Shown here: positions 12,001 to 18,000 of the stretch, piece after piece
Position numbering within the stretch: position 1 is the stretch's first letter
Layout: each line of letters starts with the position of its first letter
Assembly: GCA_965612865.1 (NCBI GenBank)
Contig: CBFDTJ010000013.1
Span: 1-25,835 of the forward strand
From: an uncultured bacterium
Lineage (GTDB): Bacteria > Caldisericota > Caldisericia > B22-G15
Length of the DNA: 25,835 bases
Direction of reading: 5' to 3'
Notes under the pieces: generated by a model
What the model saw: only the letters and a program-made list of their open reading frames with translations
Database searches by the model: none
What the model was told of the DNA's origin: nothing
Program-made: the position numbers and the translations under genes

Positions 12001-15000
12001 TCTTCTCTTTTTCGTATTCTGGAAAAACACCTGAAATTCTATAAACAATTCCTGCCCCTATCTCATTTTCCTCTGGATAATACTCCTGCTCCTGCCAGCT
12101 TAAATCATAAAATATTTCAATATAAGGTATCCCTGTATCAATCCTGACTTTAAACTCTTTACTGTGAAATTGATCGGGATTGGTAAGACTCACTCCACTT
12201 ATTACTCCTTTATATACTCCAGAAACAAAACCTTCTCCGTTCCATTCCACACAGTTTATCCCACCACGAGATTTAAAATCTGAAATTACAGGATGACCTT
12301 CAATATTAATGTTGATTCTACCCTCTTCTGTTGTATTGAAGAAGATTACTGTTTTCTCACCATAATATGGATTAAATGTCGCCGGATCAACACCTGCACA
12401 GGTAATTCTAAAGGGAACATTATCTACTTTTACATTTAATGAAACAACAGCAGATATATTCCCTGCTCTATCCACGGCCTTCACACTTATAGTATGTACT
12501 CCCTCTTTTTCTCTTTTTGTCTGCCATTTATAAACGAAATATTCTCCCTCTTTATTTTCGTTTACGCTCCGTGTGGAACCATCAATTATAAACCAGACTT
12601 TCTCTATTCCAGAACCATCATCTTTTGCCTCAACTCTTATCTCCACTTCTCTACTTACAACTTCGCCCTCAGAAGGAGTTAAAATTCTGACCGAAGGAGA
12701 CCTGGTATCAAGTAAAATGCTTTTACTTACCGCAACACTCTTCTTCCCTTCAAGATCTTCCACCTGGACATAAACTGTTTTTAAACCATCTTCTTCACTC
12801 AATAAAAATGGAAGTTCATAATAAAGTGGTTGCCAGGATGCACCCAGGAGCTCTGAATTTTCTGAAACTCTTACCTGTGTACAAAAATCAGAGGATTTTA
12901 TCCTTATTTTTATATTCCTCTCATTGGTATATTTCTCTGAATCAGTATCTCTATCAAGCAATTTCAAGGAGACAACCTCTGGCAAAGGCAGATTTACCTT
13001 AATTCCTTTTGAAGTCATAATTTCACTCCAGCGTCCTGCACCATTTCTGGCCTTCACTTTAAAATAATAACTTTCTCCCGGTATTAAACCCTCACCAGAG
13101 ACAGAAACACTTCCTACCCTGCTCTCCTGCCAGTTAACCAGATTTTCATCTCCAGAACTTATCCCTGTATAAAATATATCCCTTTTCTTTCCTTCATTAT
13201 TTTCTCCACCAAAAAGAAAAATTTTATCACCCAGAACCAGAGTTTTTATTCCTTTCATCGGTTCAGGAAGAAGTGTTGTTTCCTTCCAGTCTCCAATATT
13301 TCCATTCTCATCTATCTCTGCAAAAATCACTTTGTCCATAAGATTTTCCTCTTCTCCTCCTATAACATAAATCTTATTTCCGGCAACAACCACTGAATAA
13401 CTCTTCAGGAAAGAAACCGGAAGTAACCCAACCTCTTCCCAGCCCTTTCTTAAACTTCCATCCTCAAGAACTTCCCCTCTATATACCTTATTACTCCAGG
13501 GATATCCTCCCACTATATAAATGAAATTACGATATACCCCTGCACCAAAATTTTTCAAAACATCCTGTGGTAGATTATCTATCATTATCCAGTATTTTAT
13601 CTCACCATCAGGAGAGGGCCTTGTCCAGTAAACTTCTCTATTACTTCCCCCAAGAATATAAATCCTATCCCGACATACAACCGCCACATGGCCAGATTTA
13701 CTCGCAGGAAGTGCGGTGGTTTCTCTCCAGTCAGTAATTCTTCCATCAAGTTCTGGAACCGTATAATAAACTTTATTTACAGGATATCCATTTATATCTC
13801 TACCACCAAACAAATAAATCTTGCCTGCATAGGAAATAGCTGCAGCATCATATATCTTTCCATCCAGAGGTTCTTGCTTTTCAAAATAAAAATTCCAGAT
13901 GTTATTCGTTTCTTTTAATTCTCCTTTATACACCTCTTGCGTATTATATCCACCAAGAAGATATACACATTCCTTCCTGCCTGTAAAATGCCTTACTACA
14001 GAAAATCCCCAGTTTATATCCTGTGGAATATCAGAAGCAATCTCTGTCCAGATTCCTATCCTCCCATCAGAAAGAACTTTTGAGTGATAAAAAATATTAT
14101 CGACTTTTAAATATATATCGTTTTCTAAAACTGCTAATTTTCCATTCGCTATTCCATCAGGTAAAGAAACTGTGGGATGCCATATACTTAAATGTCCGGT
14201 AGATGAGTCAATCTCTGTGTAAAACACCTGGTTACTTTTCTTCCATTCCTTATTATAACCACCAAAGACATATATCTTGTCATTAATAACCGTTGCTACA
14301 GATTGTGCTCTTTCTTCTGGTAGAGGAATGGTTCTATTCCAGAATGATAAATCTCCTGTTTCTGAATCCACATAAGCAAAATAAACATCTTTTCTCCACT
14401 TCCATTCTCCATCTATACCACCAATAACGTAAATTCTATTGTCCTTTACCGCAAAGGAATGATATTGCAGAGGGGAAAAGAGTTTTCCTGCCTTCCAGGG
14501 AGTGGAAATAGAACCATCCTGATTTATTCTTGCATAAAAAATATCATCACTTACCTTATACTCTCCATTTTCTCTTTTTAATCCTCCCAGAATATAAATC
14601 CATCCATTTGAAATACTTACTGAAAATCTTGAAATATCTTCCACAGGTAAAGGCTCCACCTCCTGCCAATAAGAGATATTACCTCCAGAGTCAACTTTTC
14701 CATAATAAACTCTCTTTCCTTCAACTCTATAAGCATAGCCGTTATAAACATTGAAGAAACAAACTCCCTCAGGCTGGGTATAACTTTTTTCCCAGCTTCC
14801 CAGATATCCTCCACCATTCATTCCCACAGCATACTCATAACTATCAATTCCGCTTTCAGGGTCCTGAGAAGAGAAGTTTGCTATCAGAGCCTCTCCAGAA
14901 TTTACTCTATCCTTTTCCACCTCTATCAACGGAACTTCCGGTGGAGTTCCATCGTATCTTAAAATAATACTGGCATTATTCCTGTAATCCACATTTCCTG

Positions 15001-18000
15001 CTCTATCCTTAAGCCAGAGGTATAAAGGATTCTCACCATGTAGAAATGTTCTTGCTGTAAAGGGTTTTTCTTCTGTATAAACTCCATCTTCATTATTTTC
15101 CGGTGGAGTTCCCACTTTCCAGTAAGCTCCTTTTATTCCAGAAAAATCAACAGGATTCTTCCAGTCAATGACATATACTCCATCACATTTCCAGCTGGCT
15201 TCTTTCCTTCCATCTGCTGTCAAATCACCGGGTGAAGCAGGAGCTTTTTCATCCACAGTTGGACTCAAGAAATAATACGAAAAACAACTTATTGGTGCTG
15301 TAATGGTGTTATTTACCACATCTATCGTGGCATTCTCCAGCGCCTCCCATTTTTTCTCTTCAAAAACATAGTGATATATCTTTATTGTCTCTGTACTCTC
15401 TTCAATCCTTTCTCCGGTCTTTTCATCCAGTGGAAGATCTTCTTCTCTATATCTCATTGTCAAATACGCATTATAAAAGCCCGGTGGTGGTTCATTGAAC
15501 TTTAATGTGGGTTTAAATTCATATACATAACCTCCAATAACAAAATAGTCTCCTTCCGGTGGATTATCAGCAATATCTTTAAAAGTAGTGGTGGAAATTG
15601 GTGTTATGGTTATATATTGAGTGGTGTCATACCAGCCATTTTTTAATTCAACCTGAACATTTCCCCATGGGTCTTTAACTATCCCTCCTGAAGGATGAAC
15701 CTCCGTTCCTATCAATACCGTAATCGTATCTTTTACAACTTCATTAACGATTAATCTTACATAATATTTTCCATTAAATCCCGTAACATCCCAGAAACCA
15801 AGATAATCTTCTTCCAGTACCGGTATATCTGATTCTTTTATCAAATACCATGTGACCTTATCAGTTGAATATTCCACCCGATAATAGCTGACATCTGTTC
15901 CTGTTACAAAAGGCGCCCATCCTTTTATAGGAATATAAACATGTCCCGACTTAACCTCTGGATTTAACCTTACAGTAAAAGTATCAGCATTTACATTTAA
16001 AAGTAAAAAGTCATCCTTTGTATCATCTCCATTCCATTCAAAAATATATTCAGGGTTATTTTGTTCTGTATCCGGGTAGAATGGGCCCTCTATCATCCAG
16101 GAACTCCTCCGTCTATAACTTGTCCAGATATCACCTTCTATTTCTGGCCAGATCTGAATTCTCTTCACCTCATCAGGTGATGAAAGATAATTATAGCCAC
16201 TTTTTCCAATATCAAATACACCACCAAAAGTAGTTGTTGCTTTTAAATTAAAAAATAGAGATTTCCTCTCTTGGTTTATTCTTATATTCTCTACTTTTAT
16301 ATTTATATCCTCTGGATATTGATAGGCTATATCAACATTCCCACTAATTATCTCTCCTTGTGGGGAACTACCATCTCCTCTTTTTAACAAAATTTCAATA
16401 TTTCCCCGTTCATAAATAGAGTTGTTACTCACATATTGATCTTTATACTCCTTTTCCCCTGTAAGTATATATTCTGTCCAATAATTTACCCAAATATTTG
16501 CTGCTCCATAGGAAATATCTTCACCAAAAATTTCATAAGTAGCTCCATCTGCCCATAACCAGAATTGAGTTTCTCCCGCAGGAACCTCAAAGTAAAATGT
16601 CTCTTCTCCCCAACTAGGAAAAACATAACCCCACCATTCTGTATCACCAATATTAACCCACTCTCCAGCAGAAATATCTTTTATTTTTTTATAATAGTAA
16701 TTTTCTCCTATAACTGCCCAAAGTATATACATTGTTGTGGGACGATTAAACATTATCCCAGCAAAACAATTATCTTCCCATTTAGCTCTAACTTTTACAA
16801 ATTGGTTTCTTGAGTATCTTATTAAAATGGGACCTTTACCTACCCCTCCTTGACCTTCTTTACTATGATGCTCTTCTTCCTCTTTTTCTTCTATTCCGCT
16901 TACTATTATCTTATAATCAAACTTCCTGTAATCCTCTCCTTCTCCTCTCTGCCTCCAAGAAAACCATAATCCTCCTTCTGCGTTGTTATCTGGAAATTCC
17001 ACTAACTCAGGTGGGTGGGGCAGAACTGCTGGGTATGTGCTTATATTGCTTTCATTTCCAACATTATCAATTGCATAAAAGTAAATATGATGAACTCCAG
17101 AACTTAATCCAAGTAAAAACTGCTCTCTTACTTCATCCGCTTCATAACTTACCCAATCTCCATCATCTATCTTTACTTTTATCTCCTTCACCCCACTTTC
17201 ATTGTCTGTTGCTGTTATCCTGTAATAATAATCCTCATATACATAACCCTTATCTATCTTCCCTTCTACAATTATTTTTACATCTGGAGGAGTTCCATCT
17301 ACATTTATCTCCATCTCAATTTCTCTTGATTTATTTCCTGCAAAATCTATAGCGTAATAACTGATTCTATGTGTTCCTGATGAAAAAGTTAAAGGCTGAG
17401 TATATAAAAGATAATCCACATCTGTCTCTGTCTTATAGTAAATTCTATCTTTATCAGTTAATCCAATAAAGTCATTCTCAAGACAAAACTCTGTCTCTGG
17501 AGAATACCATGCTTTTACTTCCACTGCTTTTGTGCTTATACTTATTACCTGTGAAACTACTCCTGCAGTCCCTTCTTGAGGTAATTCTGTTGTTGCTACA
17601 GGAATTGTATCTATTACTACATAATACTCTCCGCTTGCTGGATTTCCTGCCATGTCTTTCCCTGTTATGATTATTTTTGTTAGACCATTTGGCGTATTTC
17701 CATCAATTATCAAACTTCCTGTATATTTTATTCTGTCTGTTATGTCCCGATATAAACTCTCTAAAATTCCTTTTGCTTCAACCTCAAAATTTAATTCCTC
17801 CATCTGTTCGCTCGTTCCTACCTCTATTTCACTAACCCCTAAGGGTATCCAGTATCTCTCATTCTCATCTTTGTTTAATTCAATACCTGCACTTGTTATT
17901 GTCATTGTTGTAATTTCAGGGGTTTTATCGTTATCAACTATAATTTCTAATTCTGCTGTTGCTTGATGATTATCCACATCTGAAATATTTACTGTTAAAG

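Noticed and set aside
722..14953. Inteins as the explanation for the in-domain insertions
   Set aside because: The inserts lack intein terminal motifs (N-terminal Cys/Ser block, C-terminal His-Asn) and are recognisable binding folds.
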